Of a DNA stretch of 64,000 bases, positions 43,205 through 53,475 are shown piece by piece (the first letter of the stretch is position 1; each line of letters begins with the position of its first letter). The notes below the pieces were generated by a model. The model saw nothing but the letters and a program-made list of their open reading frames with translations. It was not told the origin of the DNA and searched no databases. Made by a program: the position numbers and the translations under genes. Origin of the DNA: an uncultured Rhizobium sp. (lineage in GTDB: Bacteria > Pseudomonadota > Alphaproteobacteria > Rickettsiales > UBA1997); assembly GCA_964444545.1 (NCBI GenBank), contig CAYUHG010000004.1, positions 4,021-68,020 of the forward strand. The letters run 5' to 3'.

Positions 43205-43858
43205 CTAGAAATTATAAAAAACTCCAAGTTTGATTAAATTTAATCTAGTTACGTAAGTACCATTGTAATCAGGGTTATTTACAACCGAAGTCTTAGCATT
43301 AAATTTTTGTGTGTTATATTCTAAAGCTAATGAAAAATCTTTATTAATTTTCGCTTTTAAACCAGCACCACAATACCAATCGCTGACAGTATTACTTTTT
43401 AAGGCTGATAAACCATTTCTAACGTTTTTTGCGATGTAACGAACTGATGAATATCCGCCAGTGAAATAAGGTGTGATGGTTTCTGTTACGTCATATCCTA
43501 AATCAAAAGATACGCCGTAACGATCTTTTATTGTCATTCGTGATAAGTAAGTATTTTCAGATCCTCTACCACCAGATGATGCGTTTGGTTTTTCGAAAAA
43601 CAAACCAGGAGCAATAGAAATTTTATCGAAATTCATCGTGTATTTGTAAGCCAATCCAGCACCAAGGTCGCTATCTGAGCTTCCAGCGTACAATCTAGGA
43701 TTGCCACCAAAAGTACTTTTAGTAGCAGTTTCATGATACGAAATACTTGATTGCATCACGTTAACACCAAATGAGTGTTTGCCTAATGATTCATCGGCAT
43801 GCGCCATTGAAGAGAAACAAAGTGCAGTAACAAAAATTGTCGCGGAAATTTTTTTCAT
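43205..43858 (-). CDS. Small beta-barrel outer membrane protein (OmpA-like/Opa-type 8-strand barrel)
   Basis: Signal peptide MKKISATIFVTALCFSSMAHA, alternating amphipathic strands, and the C-terminal GVFYNF. It lies directly upstream of, and co-oriented with, the FFAT ORF and giant gene. Confidence 0.7.
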   Translation of the reverse strand: MKKISATIFVTALCFSSMAHADESLGKHSFGVNVMQSSISYHETATKSTFGGNPRLYAGSSDSDLGAGLAYKYTMNFDKISIAPGLFFEKPNASSGGRGSENTYLSRMTIKDRYGVSFDLGYDVTETITPYFTGGYSSVRYIAKNVRNGLSALKSNTVSDWYCGAGLKAKINKDFSLALEYNTQKFNAKTSVVNNPDYNGTYVTRLNLIKLGVFYNF

Positions 43859-43985
43859 ATTTCGATTATGAATTTATTGAAAGGCGTGGGCAGATTGCTG
43901 TCCCGCGCTAGGACAAAATTTTCCGAAAAAAGAAGCAATAATATTTTTCAACCTAAGCTAGAATGACTCATTGTTGGAATTTTGT

Positions 43986-44072
43986 TGTCATCCTGAGCGT
44001 TAGCGAAGGATCTCTTTAGTTCGTCTTAAAATAATAAACTCACGAGATCCTTCGCTAACGCTCAGGATGACA
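43986..44072. repeat. Family B palindromic element
   Basis: tgtcatcctgagcgttagcgaaggatctc-loop-gagatccttcgctaacgctcaggatgaca, followed by a partial tail duplicate (caggataacagtaaaa). Confidence 0.9.
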
Positions 44073-44101
44073 GTAAAATCAGGATAACAGTAAAATTAAT
44101 T

Positions 44102-44836
44102 CTAGCTTATCGCTTTCTTCATTTTTTTAATCACCTTCTCCAATCCTTCAAATATTGCTTCTCCGATTATGAAGTGTCCGATGTTGAGTTCGACAATTTG
44201 CGGAATTTTAGCAATTATTTTGGCAGTTTCATAATTTAATCCATGTCCGGCGTGACACTCTAAACCAAGTTCTTCACAAAGTGCGGCGCAGTTTTTTATT
44301 CTGTTAAATTCTACCTCACGTTTTTTCCCTAAAGTATGGCAAAACTCGCCAGTATGAATCTCAACTATGTCAGCACCAATTTTCTTAGCGCAGCGAATTT
44401 GCGCTTCGTTGGCATCGACAAAAAGTGAAACTCTGATTTTTTTAGCGCGAATTTTTTTAATCATTTCCCGCAAAACCCTTTCATTTTTCACTACATCAAG
44501 TCCACCTTCAGTTGTAACTTCTTGTCTTTTTTCTGGTACGATACAAACAGCGTTTGGTTTGGTTTTTAGGGCAATTGCCAGCATTTCTTCGGTTGCTGCC
44601 ATTTCCAAATTGATCGGTAATTTTATTTCTTTTTTTAACCGTACCAAATCTTCATCGCGAATGTGACGACGATCTTCGCGTAGATGAATAGTAATTCCAT
44701 GCGCTTGAGATTTTTGTGCTAAAATTGCCGCATCAACCGGATCAGGATGAGAGCCACCGCGCGCGTTTCTGATTGTCGCAACGTGATCGATATTTACGCC
44801 CAAACGAATTGGAGATTTAGAGGATTTTTTTGTCAT
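44102..44836 (-). CDS. pdxJ: Pyridoxine 5'-phosphate synthase
   Basis: LGVNIDHVATIRNARGG.HPDPV, HLREDRRHI and EIHTG match the PdxJ TIM-barrel pattern. Confidence 0.9.
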   Translation of the reverse strand: MTKKSSKSPIRLGVNIDHVATIRNARGGSHPDPVDAAILAQKSQAHGITIHLREDRRHIRDEDLVRLKKEIKLPINLEMAATEEMLAIALKTKPNAVCIVPEKRQEVTTEGGLDVVKNERVLREMIKKIRAKKIRVSLFVDANEAQIRCAKKIGADIVEIHTGEFCHTLGKKREVEFNRIKNCAALCEELGLECHAGHGLNYETAKIIAKIPQIVELNIGHFIIGEAIFEGLEKVIKKMKKAIS

Positions 44837-46008
44837 TTCGATTTTTGAAAAGCAGTTACCAAAGATTGTTTTTTATTATAAAGTACCAAGAAACTTAGAT
44901 AAAAAATACAACATAAAACGATAGTAATGGGAAATCCGACTGCACCAAAAATATTGAACAAAATTCCGCCGATCAAGCTTCCACACAATGACCCGAGAGC
45001 ACCGATTAATTGAAAAGTTGAATTAGCTGCTACCAACTCATCGGGATCAAAATCGTCGTTACAAACTTTGAAAGCTGAAACGTAAATGCAGGCGACAAAA
45101 ATTCCGAAACAAAAATAGCAGAGTAATAAAAACTGATAATTATGAAAAAATATGATGAGCAAAAATGAAGATAAGCAGCCTAAAAATCCGAAATTAATTA
45201 GTTGGTAAGGATTCCATTTTTTTAAAAGAAAACCGACCATCAAATCGAAAAATCCGCTTGCCATGTAAGCACTGATTAAAAGGCCGGCGATCTCATAAGA
45301 TAATCCAATTTTTATGCCAAAAATTACAGTAAAAGTCAGCAAGACATAAGTTTGAAAATCGAGAAAAAATCGTGCCAAAAAAATCTGAGGGTTGGTTTTA
45401 AAAAATCTGATTAAAGCGATGCGCTGAGAATCTAATTGTGGCGCGGGTTTTTGTCCTAAGGGTAGTAAACATAAAAATGAAACGATGGTAAAAAAAGCGG
45501 CGATGACGAAAGAAAGATAATTTTGTGCTCCGCTAAATTTTATGATGACTGGCCCCAACGCGATGCCGGCAGAAATCAACATGCTAAAAATTCCTAGTCC
45601 GATGCCGCGCTGCTCATAGGTTAACAACATATTCATCCAAGCTTGGCGGGTGATTACATACATAAACCACAAATTTCCCATCGCAAAAGCGAAGAGAATC
45701 CACAAGAGAAAACCTTGGTAAAAATAAATTGCTAAAATGATGCAAGAATAAGTAATCGCAGCGATTGCCATTGTACGGATCATGGTAATCTTTCCGACAA
45801 TGCGGCTTAAAAAAAATGACATCACAATGCCGCCCAAACATTCGAACATAAAGGCAATTCCGATGTGAGCAGTATCAATATTATATTTATTCAAAACCGC
45901 TGGAAAGCTGACAGCGTTCATCCCAAGGGCGATAGCGAACAGAAAAATGCTCAAGAAAATCAGATTTAATTCGCGCGAAAAAATCAGTTGTCGAAGGAGA
46001 TTTGACAC
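44833..46008 (-). CDS. MFS-type transporter
   Basis: 391 aa with ~12 predicted hydrophobic helices. The substrate is unknown. GTG start. There is a 4-nt overlap with pdxJ. Confidence 0.65.
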   Translation of the reverse strand: MSNLLRQLIFSRELNLIFLSIFLFAIALGMNAVSFPAVLNKYNIDTAHIGIAFMFECLGGIVMSFFLSRIVGKITMIRTMAIAAITYSCIILAIYFYQGFLLWILFAFAMGNLWFMYVITRQAWMNMLLTYEQRGIGLGIFSMLISAGIALGPVIIKFSGAQNYLSFVIAAFFTIVSFLCLLPLGQKPAPQLDSQRIALIRFFKTNPQIFLARFFLDFQTYVLLTFTVIFGIKIGLSYEIAGLLISAYMASGFFDLMVGFLLKKWNPYQLINFGFLGCLSSFLLIIFFHNYQFLLLCYFCFGIFVACIYVSAFKVCNDDFDPDELVAANSTFQLIGALGSLCGSLIGGILFNIFGAVGFPITIVLCCIFYLSFLVLYNKKQSLVTAFQKSK

Positions 46009-46214
46009 TAAATTTACGAGGATTCCGTTTTTATTTACTTAATAAGTCTGGAGCGCCAGCGACTTAGCAACCCAGTAATTGATTAAACGCTTATTTAGTT
46101 TTGAAAAGAATTAAAATCATATTTCTTCCAAAATTTTGTAATGGAGTTGTTGAAAACTCTAAGCTGTAGATTAGTTTTTCAAAATCTTTCCTCCCTTACA
46201 AAATCACAACAAAA

Positions 46215-48134
46215 ATGTCTGAAGAAAAATCCAAAACTGCGTTACTCGATTTGGTAAAAATTCCAGCTGATTTGAAACAATTTTCGTTGCCGCAAATTAA
46301 ACAAATTTCTGACGAATTACGTTTTGAAACGATTGATGCAGTTTCGCAAACTGGCGGCCATCTTGGTGCGGGGCTTGGTGTTGTCGAAATTACCACAGCG
46401 TTGCATTATGTTTTTGACACGCCGCATGACAAAATAATTTGGGATGTTGGTCATCAAGCTTATCCGCATAAAATTTTGACTGGTCGTAGAGATCGTATGC
46501 GTACTATTCGTCAACCTCATGGTCTTGCCGGCTTTACCCGTCGCGCCGAAAGTGAATATGATCCGTTCGGGGCAGGGCATAGCTCTACATCTATCTCGGC
46601 AGCTCTCGGAATTTCAGTGGCAAAAAAATTTAAGAAAGAAAAATCGCACGTAATTGCCGTGATCGGCGATGGATCAATGTCAGCTGGGATGGCTTACGAA
46701 GCCATGAATAACGCTGGTGCGCTGGAAGATGAATTTTTTCACGACAACCGACTTGTAGTGATTTTAAACGACAACGACATGTCAATTGCACCGCCAACTG
46801 GTGCAATGTCGCATTATTTTTCACGTCTTGCTGCTTCCAAATCTTATCTAAAAATTCGTGATTTAGCAAAAAAAGTTACGCATAAATTACCAGATTCTTT
46901 GTCGCATTTTCCGCGTAAATTAGAGAAGGCAACCAAGGAATGGTGGATGGGAGGTAATATTTTTGAAGAGATGGGTTTTTATTATATCGGACCGATTGAT
47001 GGCCATGATTTGGATACGTTAGTGCCGATTTTGCAAAATATTCGTGACGATCATTCAACCGATCCAATCCTCATTCACTGCGTCACTGAAAAGGGTCGCG
47101 GTTATAATGAGGTGATGAAAACTTCGGATAAACTTCATGCGGTGGCAAAGTTTGACCCTGAAACTGGAGTGCAAGAAAAGGCCGCTATCGCGCATCCAAG
47201 CTATTCGAAAATTTTTGGCAAACGTTTGGCCGAATTGGCAAAAAAAGATGAAAAAATTCTGGCGATTACTGCGGCAATGCCTTCAGGAACTGGTTTGGAC
47301 GTTTTCGCTAAAGAACATCCTAATCGACTTTTTGATGTCGGAATTGCTGAACAACATGCAGTAACTTTTGCTGCTGGTCTTGCGACAGAAGGATTGAAAG
47401 CTTATGCCGCACTTTATTCAACTTTCTTGCAACGTGCTTACGATCAAGTTGTTCATGACGTTGCGGTGCAAAAATTACCGGTACGTTTTGCAATTGACAG
47501 AGCTGGTTTTGTCGGTGCTGATGGCCCAACTCACGCTGGTTCATTCGATATTGCTTACCTAATAAATCTTCCCGATTTTGTTTTGATGGCAGCCAGTGAT
47601 GGTCAAGAATTGGTGAAAATGATTAATACCGCCAACGCAATTGATGATCGTCCAAGTGCTTTCAGATTTCCGCGTGGTGAAGCTGACAAAGAAATCGATT
47701 TCAGCGATAACGAAATTTTAGAAATCGGCAAAGCTCGCATTATTGAAAGTGGCAGCAGAGTTGCGATAATTTCTTACGGTACAATTTTAGCTAATGCGTT
47801 GAAAGCAGCTCAAATTATTAAAGAATCACACGGCCTTGAAATTACAGTGATTGACGCCCGTTTTGCTAAACCATTTGATGAAAAATTATTCACCGAAATT
47901 GCCAAAACTCATGAATTAGTGATTACGATTGAAGAAGGTGCAATTGGTGGATTCGGTTCAGCTGTAGCACAGTTCTTGCTTTCGCAAGGATTGCTTGATG
48001 GAAAAGTTAAATTCCGTTCATTGTTTATGGCTGATAAATTTATCGAACAAAACAAAATTGATGCGATGCAGAACGAAGCCGGAATTGGTGTTAACGATGT
48101 AGTGCGGGTCATCAAAGATAGTGTCATTTTCTAA
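46215..48134 (+). CDS. dxs: 1-deoxy-D-xylulose-5-phosphate synthase
   Basis: [40 protein letters not shown], plus the ThDP motif [12 protein letters not shown]. Confidence 0.93.
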   Translation: MSEEKSKTALLDLVKIPADLKQFSLPQIKQISDELRFETIDAVSQTGGHLGAGLGVVEITTALHYVFDTPHDKIIWDVGHQAYPHKILTGRRDRMRTIRQPHGLAGFTRRAESEYDPFGAGHSSTSISAALGISVAKKFKKEKSHVIAVIGDGSMSAGMAYEAMNNAGALEDEFFHDNRLVVILNDNDMSIAPPTGAMSHYFSRLAASKSYLKIRDLAKKVTHKLPDSLSHFPRKLEKATKEWWMGGNIFEEMGFYYIGPIDGHDLDTLVPILQNIRDDHSTDPILIHCVTEKGRGYNEVMKTSDKLHAVAKFDPETGVQEKAAIAHPSYSKIFGKRLAELAKKDEKILAITAAMPSGTGLDVFAKEHPNRLFDVGIAEQHAVTFAAGLATEGLKAYAALYSTFLQRAYDQVVHDVAVQKLPVRFAIDRAGFVGADGPTHAGSFDIAYLINLPDFVLMAASDGQELVKMINTANAIDDRPSAFRFPRGEADKEIDFSDNEILEIGKARIIESGSRVAIISYGTILANALKAAQIIKESHGLEITVIDARFAKPFDEKLFTEIAKTHELVITIEEGAIGGFGSAVAQFLLSQGLLDGKVKFRSLFMADKFIEQNKIDAMQNEAGIGVNDVVRVIKDSVIF

Positions 48135-48155
48135 CAATAATTCGTTAAAAAAAAT

Positions 48156-49769
48156 ATGAAACCAGACAGGCCAGTGGCAACCAATAGTAGAGATTATGCT
48201 TATACCGCGGAAGACATCAATATAGTTAATGATGCTAGAAATAGGGAATGTGGTTATAGCCGTAGAAATTTTATTGGTCGAAATGCCAGTGGACAACCCT
48301 ATCAAGCTGAAACTTCTATTTTAGAGGGAGAACTACCTCCATCTACTTTTTCATCAATTATGGGAGGGCGTAGAAGAGGTATCCTAAAAGATGGAGAGGG
48401 AAGAATAGTATTACAATTACCAGCTGTTCATGGCGAAGGTTATCCTATTGGTAGTAATCTAAAACAAGAGTTCCATTACCTAGAAAATTTACAAAAAAAG
48501 GGTCAAGAAATTTACCCTCTAAAAATTCTTTTTCCGTACAAGACAGATGAATTACTTTGGAATGTTGGTGAAATTATTCTCAGTAAAGAAGACGATAAAG
48601 TAAAAATTGAAGGTAAGGCTTATAATGTTTTTGAAGGAACTGGAAAATTGTCTGTAGGAATTAAGGAAGATATCTTGGGGTTTTTTTTAAAATATTATGA
48701 GGATGAAATAAATTTAGGTTCTAAATCATACATATTTGATTTGGATCAAGAGTTTACAATATCTACATTTCGACCTACAAAAACTGCCTGTGGTGTTTAT
48801 GCAGCGATTGCTCTGCATAATTTAAAAACTAAATCAGCTGATCGAATTTGGGATGGTGTTGCAGGTATTACCGAAGATAGTTTGCGAAATGCAGATAATG
48901 TTTTGGTTGAAATGTATTGTGTTGATAAGGCTGGTTCTTTTTGTACTTCAAGAAATGTTCATAACTCACTATCTGTAAGTACATTTACTGCAGCAGCTGA
49001 ATCTAAACCAGAAGCTAAGTTTTCAGAAGAAGCTGCCGCTAAAAAAGAAGCTAAGGTTTTAGAAGAAACGGAAGTGGTTTTGGAAGAAACTGAAGTTGCG
49101 GAGGCAAAAAGTAAAACTCATAATGATAGCAGCAGAGCTAAAAGCTTTAGCATCATAAATAACCGTAATTTTGTGTGTGTTGGAATGAAATCAACTATAA
49201 AACCAGCTACCCGATATAGTACAGATGAGAGTTACGATACCATGCTGATGAGGAAGGTCTACAGCAAGATTCTTTCAAATCCTAATTTACCTGAAAATAA
49301 GCGCTTAACAATCGTTGATATTTGGGCTGATTTTACCAAGCCTGATAGAGAAGCTACTATTCGCAGATGTATTGAAGAAGAAGTCATAACTGAAGAAGAA
49401 TACGATAGTATGAAGTATCAACTCGATACTGGAATTAAGGTGGTTAGTGGCACGCAAAAAGCTGTGTCTCAGGGTTTGTCTCCTAAAGATTCAGAGATAC
49501 TTACGAAGATAACTAATTTTATGATCGGGCGAGCGAATGAGAGAGAAATTATTTTAGCTGAGCAAGAAGGAAGGGAATCAAGAGGTGAAATGTCAGTAGC
49601 TCTTCTTAAAGAACCAAGAAGTGATGGAATTCCAGTTGATATTGCAGCTCTTGCAAGAGAATTGGGAATAAAAGGAATCGAATCAAAAAAAACAGTTTCT
49701 CATTCTCAGTCTCAATCAAAGAGAGCAGAGGATAGAAAGGAAAGCAGTAGATATGGTAAATACTTCTAA
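48156..49769 (+). CDS. Hypothetical 537-aa protein; candidate effector with a weak papain/CE-clan-like Cys segment
   Basis: It has no signal peptide or TM helix. The segment ILFPYKTDELLWNVGEIIL....(~75 aa)....TKTACGVYAAIALHNL loosely parallels the Ulp1-type core, but the canonical His is absent. There is a central low-complexity EETEVVLEETEV stretch and a basic C-terminus. Confidence 0.6.
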   Translation: MKPDRPVATNSRDYAYTAEDINIVNDARNRECGYSRRNFIGRNASGQPYQAETSILEGELPPSTFSSIMGGRRRGILKDGEGRIVLQLPAVHGEGYPIGSNLKQEFHYLENLQKKGQEIYPLKILFPYKTDELLWNVGEIILSKEDDKVKIEGKAYNVFEGTGKLSVGIKEDILGFFLKYYEDEINLGSKSYIFDLDQEFTISTFRPTKTACGVYAAIALHNLKTKSADRIWDGVAGITEDSLRNADNVLVEMYCVDKAGSFCTSRNVHNSLSVSTFTAAAESKPEAKFSEEAAAKKEAKVLEETEVVLEETEVAEAKSKTHNDSSRAKSFSIINNRNFVCVGMKSTIKPATRYSTDESYDTMLMRKVYSKILSNPNLPENKRLTIVDIWADFTKPDREATIRRCIEEEVITEEEYDSMKYQLDTGIKVVSGTQKAVSQGLSPKDSEILTKITNFMIGRANEREIILAEQEGRESRGEMSVALLKEPRSDGIPVDIAALARELGIKGIESKKTVSHSQSQSKRAEDRKESSRYGKYF

Positions 49770-51051
49770 ACGCCCTCTTGCTGATTTAATTCGTCCTCAA
49801 AATCTGGAGGAAATCATCGGTCAAGATCATCTTTTTGGCGAAGTTGGAAGTCTATCTCTAATCGCACAGTCAAAGAATGTTCCATCAATGATTTTGTGGG
49901 GGCCGGCTGGAGTCGGCAAAACTACGATCGCTAAAGCTTTGGCAAAAATTTCTGATGCAAATTTTGTCGCAATTTCGGCGATTAATTCTGGTGTAGCTGA
50001 AATTCGTAAAGTGATCGATTCAATCAAATCTGGTCCGCTTTTACAAAGTGATAAAACTATTTTGATGATCGATGAAATTCATCATTTTAACAAAACCCAA
50101 CAAGATTTGTTTTTGCCAGCAATTGAAGATGGCACGATAATTCTAATTGGAACTACGACTGAAAATCCATCATTTGCACTTAACTCAGCTTTGTTGTCGC
50201 GTTGCAAAATAATTACGCTGAAAATTCTTGATGAAACTGCTTTGGAAAAAATTTTGCAGCGTGCTGAAAAAATTACCGAAAAAAAATTACCTTTAACTTC
50301 TGAAGCTCGTGAATCCTTAATTAATCTAGCTTGCGGCGATGCGCGATATTTGCTCAACGCTTGTGAAGAACTATTTTCGCTAAAGAAAGATGAAAAAATT
50401 TCGCTAGAAAAATTATCGGAGATTATTTCCAAACGTGCAGCGCATTTCGATAAAAAGGGTGATTTTCATTTTAATCTGATTAGTGCTTTTCATAAGTCGT
50501 TGCGAGGTTCAGACGTTAATGCTGCGCTTTATTATTTAGCACGCATGATGGAAGCAAAAGAAGATCCGTATTACATTTTGCGACGCTTGGCGCGTTTTGC
50601 GACGGAAGATGTCGGCTTAGCTGATCCTAACGCACTTTTGCAAGTGATGGCTGCAAAAGAAAATTATGATTTTTTGGGAAGTCCGGAAGGTGATTATGCT
50701 TTAAGTCATGCGACAATTTATTTAGCAACTGCGCCGAAATCAAACGCCAGCTATGTGGCGCACAAAGCTGCAATTGAAGCGGCGGCAAGTACTACAAAGT
50801 TAATGCCACCGAAAAATATTCTAAACGCACCAACTAAAATGATGAAAGATGAAGGATTCGGCGAAGGTTATATCTACGATCATGACACGCCGCATTGCTT
50901 TTCTGGCCAAGAATTCTTTCCGCCGGAATTAATTAAAAAATCGCGTCCAAAATTCTATCACCCTAACGAGAGAGGCTTTGAAAGAGATATCAAAAAGCGT
51001 TTAGAATATTGGGAAGATTTGCGCAAGAAACTCAACAATTGCCCAAGTTAA
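49753..51051 (+). CDS. rarA: Replication-associated recombination protein A (AAA+ ATPase)
   Basis: PLADLIRPQNLEEIIGQDHL, Walker A WGPAGVGKTTIAK, Walker B LMIDEIHHFNK, and the C-terminal MgsA domain (YYLARM...EDPYYILRRL). Confidence 0.9.
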   Translation: MVNTSKRPLADLIRPQNLEEIIGQDHLFGEVGSLSLIAQSKNVPSMILWGPAGVGKTTIAKALAKISDANFVAISAINSGVAEIRKVIDSIKSGPLLQSDKTILMIDEIHHFNKTQQDLFLPAIEDGTIILIGTTTENPSFALNSALLSRCKIITLKILDETALEKILQRAEKITEKKLPLTSEARESLINLACGDARYLLNACEELFSLKKDEKISLEKLSEIISKRAAHFDKKGDFHFNLISAFHKSLRGSDVNAALYYLARMMEAKEDPYYILRRLARFATEDVGLADPNALLQVMAAKENYDFLGSPEGDYALSHATIYLATAPKSNASYVAHKAAIEAAASTTKLMPPKNILNAPTKMMKDEGFGEGYIYDHDTPHCFSGQEFFPPELIKKSRPKFYHPNERGFERDIKKRLEYWEDLRKKLNNCPS

Positions 51052-51081
51052 AAGAATATCGTTTCTTTCAGTATAGTGCTC

Positions 51082-51148
51082 TTATCCTGAAAGAAGGATC
51101 TCATGAAATGTTAACTAATGAGATTATTCACTTCGTTCATGATAACAG
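51082..51148. repeat. Degenerate family B element
   Basis: ttatcctgaaagaaggatctcatga...aatgagattattcacttcgttcatgataa resembles the 58450 copy but is decayed. Confidence 0.45.
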
Positions 51149-51158
51149 GTATAAAAAA

Positions 51159-51186
51159 ACCGGCTTTGAATTTCTCCAAAGCCGGT
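51159..51186. terminator. Bidirectional rho-independent terminator hairpin
   Basis: accggctttg-aatttctc-caaagccggt is a 10-bp stem, flanked by an A-run on the 5' side and T-rich sequence on the 3' side. It lies between convergent rarA and the Gly/Gln-rich gene. Confidence 0.65.
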
Positions 51187-51210
51187 AGCTATTTTAATAT
51201 TTATAAAAAA

Positions 51211-51816
51211 TTAGCGTCTGCCGCCAGGTCCACCAGCACCGCCCATTGGACGACCGCCACCTTGTCCGCCACCTTGAGGTTGGCCACCGCCTTGTTGACC
51301 ACCGAATTGTTGTCCACCTTGAGGGCGTCCGCCACCTTGTGGTCCTCCTTGAGGTTGGCCACCGCCTTGTGGCCCACCGAATTGTTGACCACCTTGACCT
51401 TGTGGTCCACCTTGCTGACCACCGTTAGGGCCACCTTGACTACCTTGACGATTTTCCATTCTACGTTCGTGATTTTGCATCATCTGCTCTCTGCGATCAT
51501 GACGATTTTCTTGTCTTTGTTCACGATTTTCTGATCTTTGCTCTCTGCCTTGTTCACGATTTTCTTGTCTTTGTTCTTGGCGCTCTTGTTTTGCTTGTGC
51601 GCGATCTTGTCTTTGTTCCTGTTTAACTTCTTTGATTTCTGATCTTAATTCTTGAACTTTCTCTCTGCGGGCTTCCATTCTTTCTTTGCGAGCAGCAGCA
51701 TTAGAGTTAGTATTTGATGTAGAACCACCATTTGTTGACTCATTTTGAGCTAATGCTGGAAGAGACAAAGATGTTAAAACGGCAGAGAAAGCTGCAAGCT
51801 TTAATAAAGATTTCAT
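51211..51816 (-). CDS. Secreted low-complexity protein: Arg/Glu/Gln-rich helical segment followed by a Gly/Gln/Pro-rich repeat tail
   Basis: ATG at 51816 gives the signal peptide MKSLLKLAAFSAVLTSLSLPALA-QNE. This is followed by ERQEQRQENREQGREQRSENREQRQENR and then GGQQFGGPQGGGQPQGGPQGGGRP repeats. The longer start at 51864 is less likely. Confidence 0.7.
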   Translation of the reverse strand: MKSLLKLAAFSAVLTSLSLPALAQNESTNGGSTSNTNSNAAARKERMEARREKVQELRSEIKEVKQEQRQDRAQAKQERQEQRQENREQGREQRSENREQRQENRHDRREQMMQNHERRMENRQGSQGGPNGGQQGGPQGQGGQQFGGPQGGGQPQGGPQGGGRPQGGQQFGGQQGGGQPQGGGQGGGRPMGGAGGPGGRR

Positions 51817-51956
51817 ATTTTGAAGAATTGTTTGTTTGAGTTTGAAAACAATCACAGATTGCATTCAGGAAGCATCGTTATTTGTCGTTTTAGAGCAAGC
51901 AAGTGAAATTTATTGATTCAAAAATGCTGTGCCAAAAAGTCGCAAAAATCTTAATT

Positions 51957-53030
51957 TTATCTTAATTTGCGGGCTTTGTTCAATAAAACAAAATCAGCCA
52001 GAACACATGCCAGCATTGCTTCACCAACTGGAACTGCACGAATGCCGACGCATGGATCGTGACGACCTTTAGTAATAATTTCGCAATTATTTTTGTTCAC
52101 ATCGATCGTTTTGCGCGGAATTAAAATTGAGCTAGTTGGTTTTACGGCAAAACGCACGACAATATCTTGGCCAGAAGAAATTCCTCCTAAAACTCCGCCA
52201 GAGTGATTTGAGGCGAATTTGACTTGGCCATTTTCGCTCCACATTTCGTCAGCAAGTTCTGACCCTTTTTTCTCTGCCGCTTCAAAACCATCACCAATTT
52301 CAACAGCTTTAACGGCATTAATCGACATCATCGCCGCTGCAATTTGTGTATCTAATTTATTGTAGATCGGTTCACCCAAACCAACTGGAACATTTTTAGC
52401 AACAACTTCGATAACCGCGCCAACAGAGTCTCCAGCCTTTCTGATTTCAAGTAAATAATCTTCAAATTCTTTAGCTGCTTTTGCGTCAGGGCAGAAAAAA
52501 TCATTTTTGTCAATTTCGGAAAAATTGATGCGCGAGCGATCAATTTTTTTCTCGCCGATTTGTGTTAAATAGCCGGTGATTTGAATATTTTCTTGCTGAA
52601 GAATTTTTTGAGCTACTGCACCAGCAGCAACACGCATTGCGGTTTCGCGCGCTGAAGATCGTCCGCCGCCGCGATAATCACGAATGCCATATTTTTCGAA
52701 GTAAGTGTAATCAGCGTGAGATGGACGGAATTTTTCTTTAATGTCGCCGTAATCACCGCTTTTTTGATCTTGATTATAAATTACTAAACTGATTGGAGTG
52801 CCGGTAGTCTTGCCTTCAAACACGCCAGATAAAATTTTAACTTGGTCTGTTTCTTGTCTTTGAGTGGTAAATTTTGATTGGCCGGGACGACGTTTATCCA
52901 AATATTTTTGGATGTCATTTTCGTGCAATTCTAGCAGAGAAGGGCAACCATCAACTACACAGCCAATTGCTTCACCATGGCTTTCGCCCCAAGTTGTAAA
53001 TGAAAAAAGATTGCCAAATTTATTGCTCAT
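51957..53030 (-). CDS. aroC: Chorismate synthase
   Basis: [44 protein letters not shown] and GRHDPCV. Confidence 0.93.
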   Translation of the reverse strand: MSNKFGNLFSFTTWGESHGEAIGCVVDGCPSLLELHENDIQKYLDKRRPGQSKFTTQRQETDQVKILSGVFEGKTTGTPISLVIYNQDQKSGDYGDIKEKFRPSHADYTYFEKYGIRDYRGGGRSSARETAMRVAAGAVAQKILQQENIQITGYLTQIGEKKIDRSRINFSEIDKNDFFCPDAKAAKEFEDYLLEIRKAGDSVGAVIEVVAKNVPVGLGEPIYNKLDTQIAAAMMSINAVKAVEIGDGFEAAEKKGSELADEMWSENGQVKFASNHSGGVLGGISSGQDIVVRFAVKPTSSILIPRKTIDVNKNNCEIITKGRHDPCVGIRAVPVGEAMLACVLADFVLLNKARKLR

Positions 53031-53475
53031 TTTTGTCGGTTTTTTTGTTGATTCCTTCGGTTCGATTTAAAATCAAAACCGGATTTTGAGTAAAAATTAA
53101 ATGATTGCCTTTGTCTTTAACTTCAAGCTCGCCAGCAGTGATGTTTCCGATGTTTCCAGTGGCAAAAACATCGTAAAGAATTACCTCATCTTGATCGAGG
53201 TGATGAGCTTTCTTGGCTTTGATATTGTAAAGTTGACCATCATCATGTTGAAAAATCATGCGTGGATTAGTCATGATTTTTTCGATTTTATAATTATCAG
53301 AATTCTCGTTGTATTGCTTAACTAATTTGACGACGTGATTGTTTTTACTCATCGCGTGAATCACATAAACAAAGATTCCGCTGATAATTGCGAAATAGCA
53401 CAATATGGTCAGATAGTTTTTTATCTTAGAGTGTGACTGAATCAGCTTTAGAACCTGCAGTGTACGCTCATCCAT
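53020..53475 (-). CDS. LptC-like membrane-anchored protein
   Basis: 151 aa with an N-terminal TM anchor. Next comes a beta-jellyroll-like pattern ([40 protein letters not shown]...[23 protein letters not shown]) resembling LptC. By eye only. Confidence 0.45.
   Translation of the reverse strand: MDERTLQVLKLIQSHSKIKNYLTILCYFAIISGIFVYVIHAMSKNNHVVKLVKQYNENSDNYKIEKIMTNPRMIFQHDDGQLYNIKAKKAHHLDQDEVILYDVFATGNIGNITAGELEVKDKGNHLIFTQNPVLILNRTEGINKKTDKNEQ

Noticed and set aside
51118-51534. Three ORFs (51118..51534+, 51201..51434-, 51246..51428+) overlapping the Gly/Gln-rich gene
   Set aside because: These are shadow frames of a low-complexity repeat. Only the 51211..51816 frame has a signal peptide and a sensible start.
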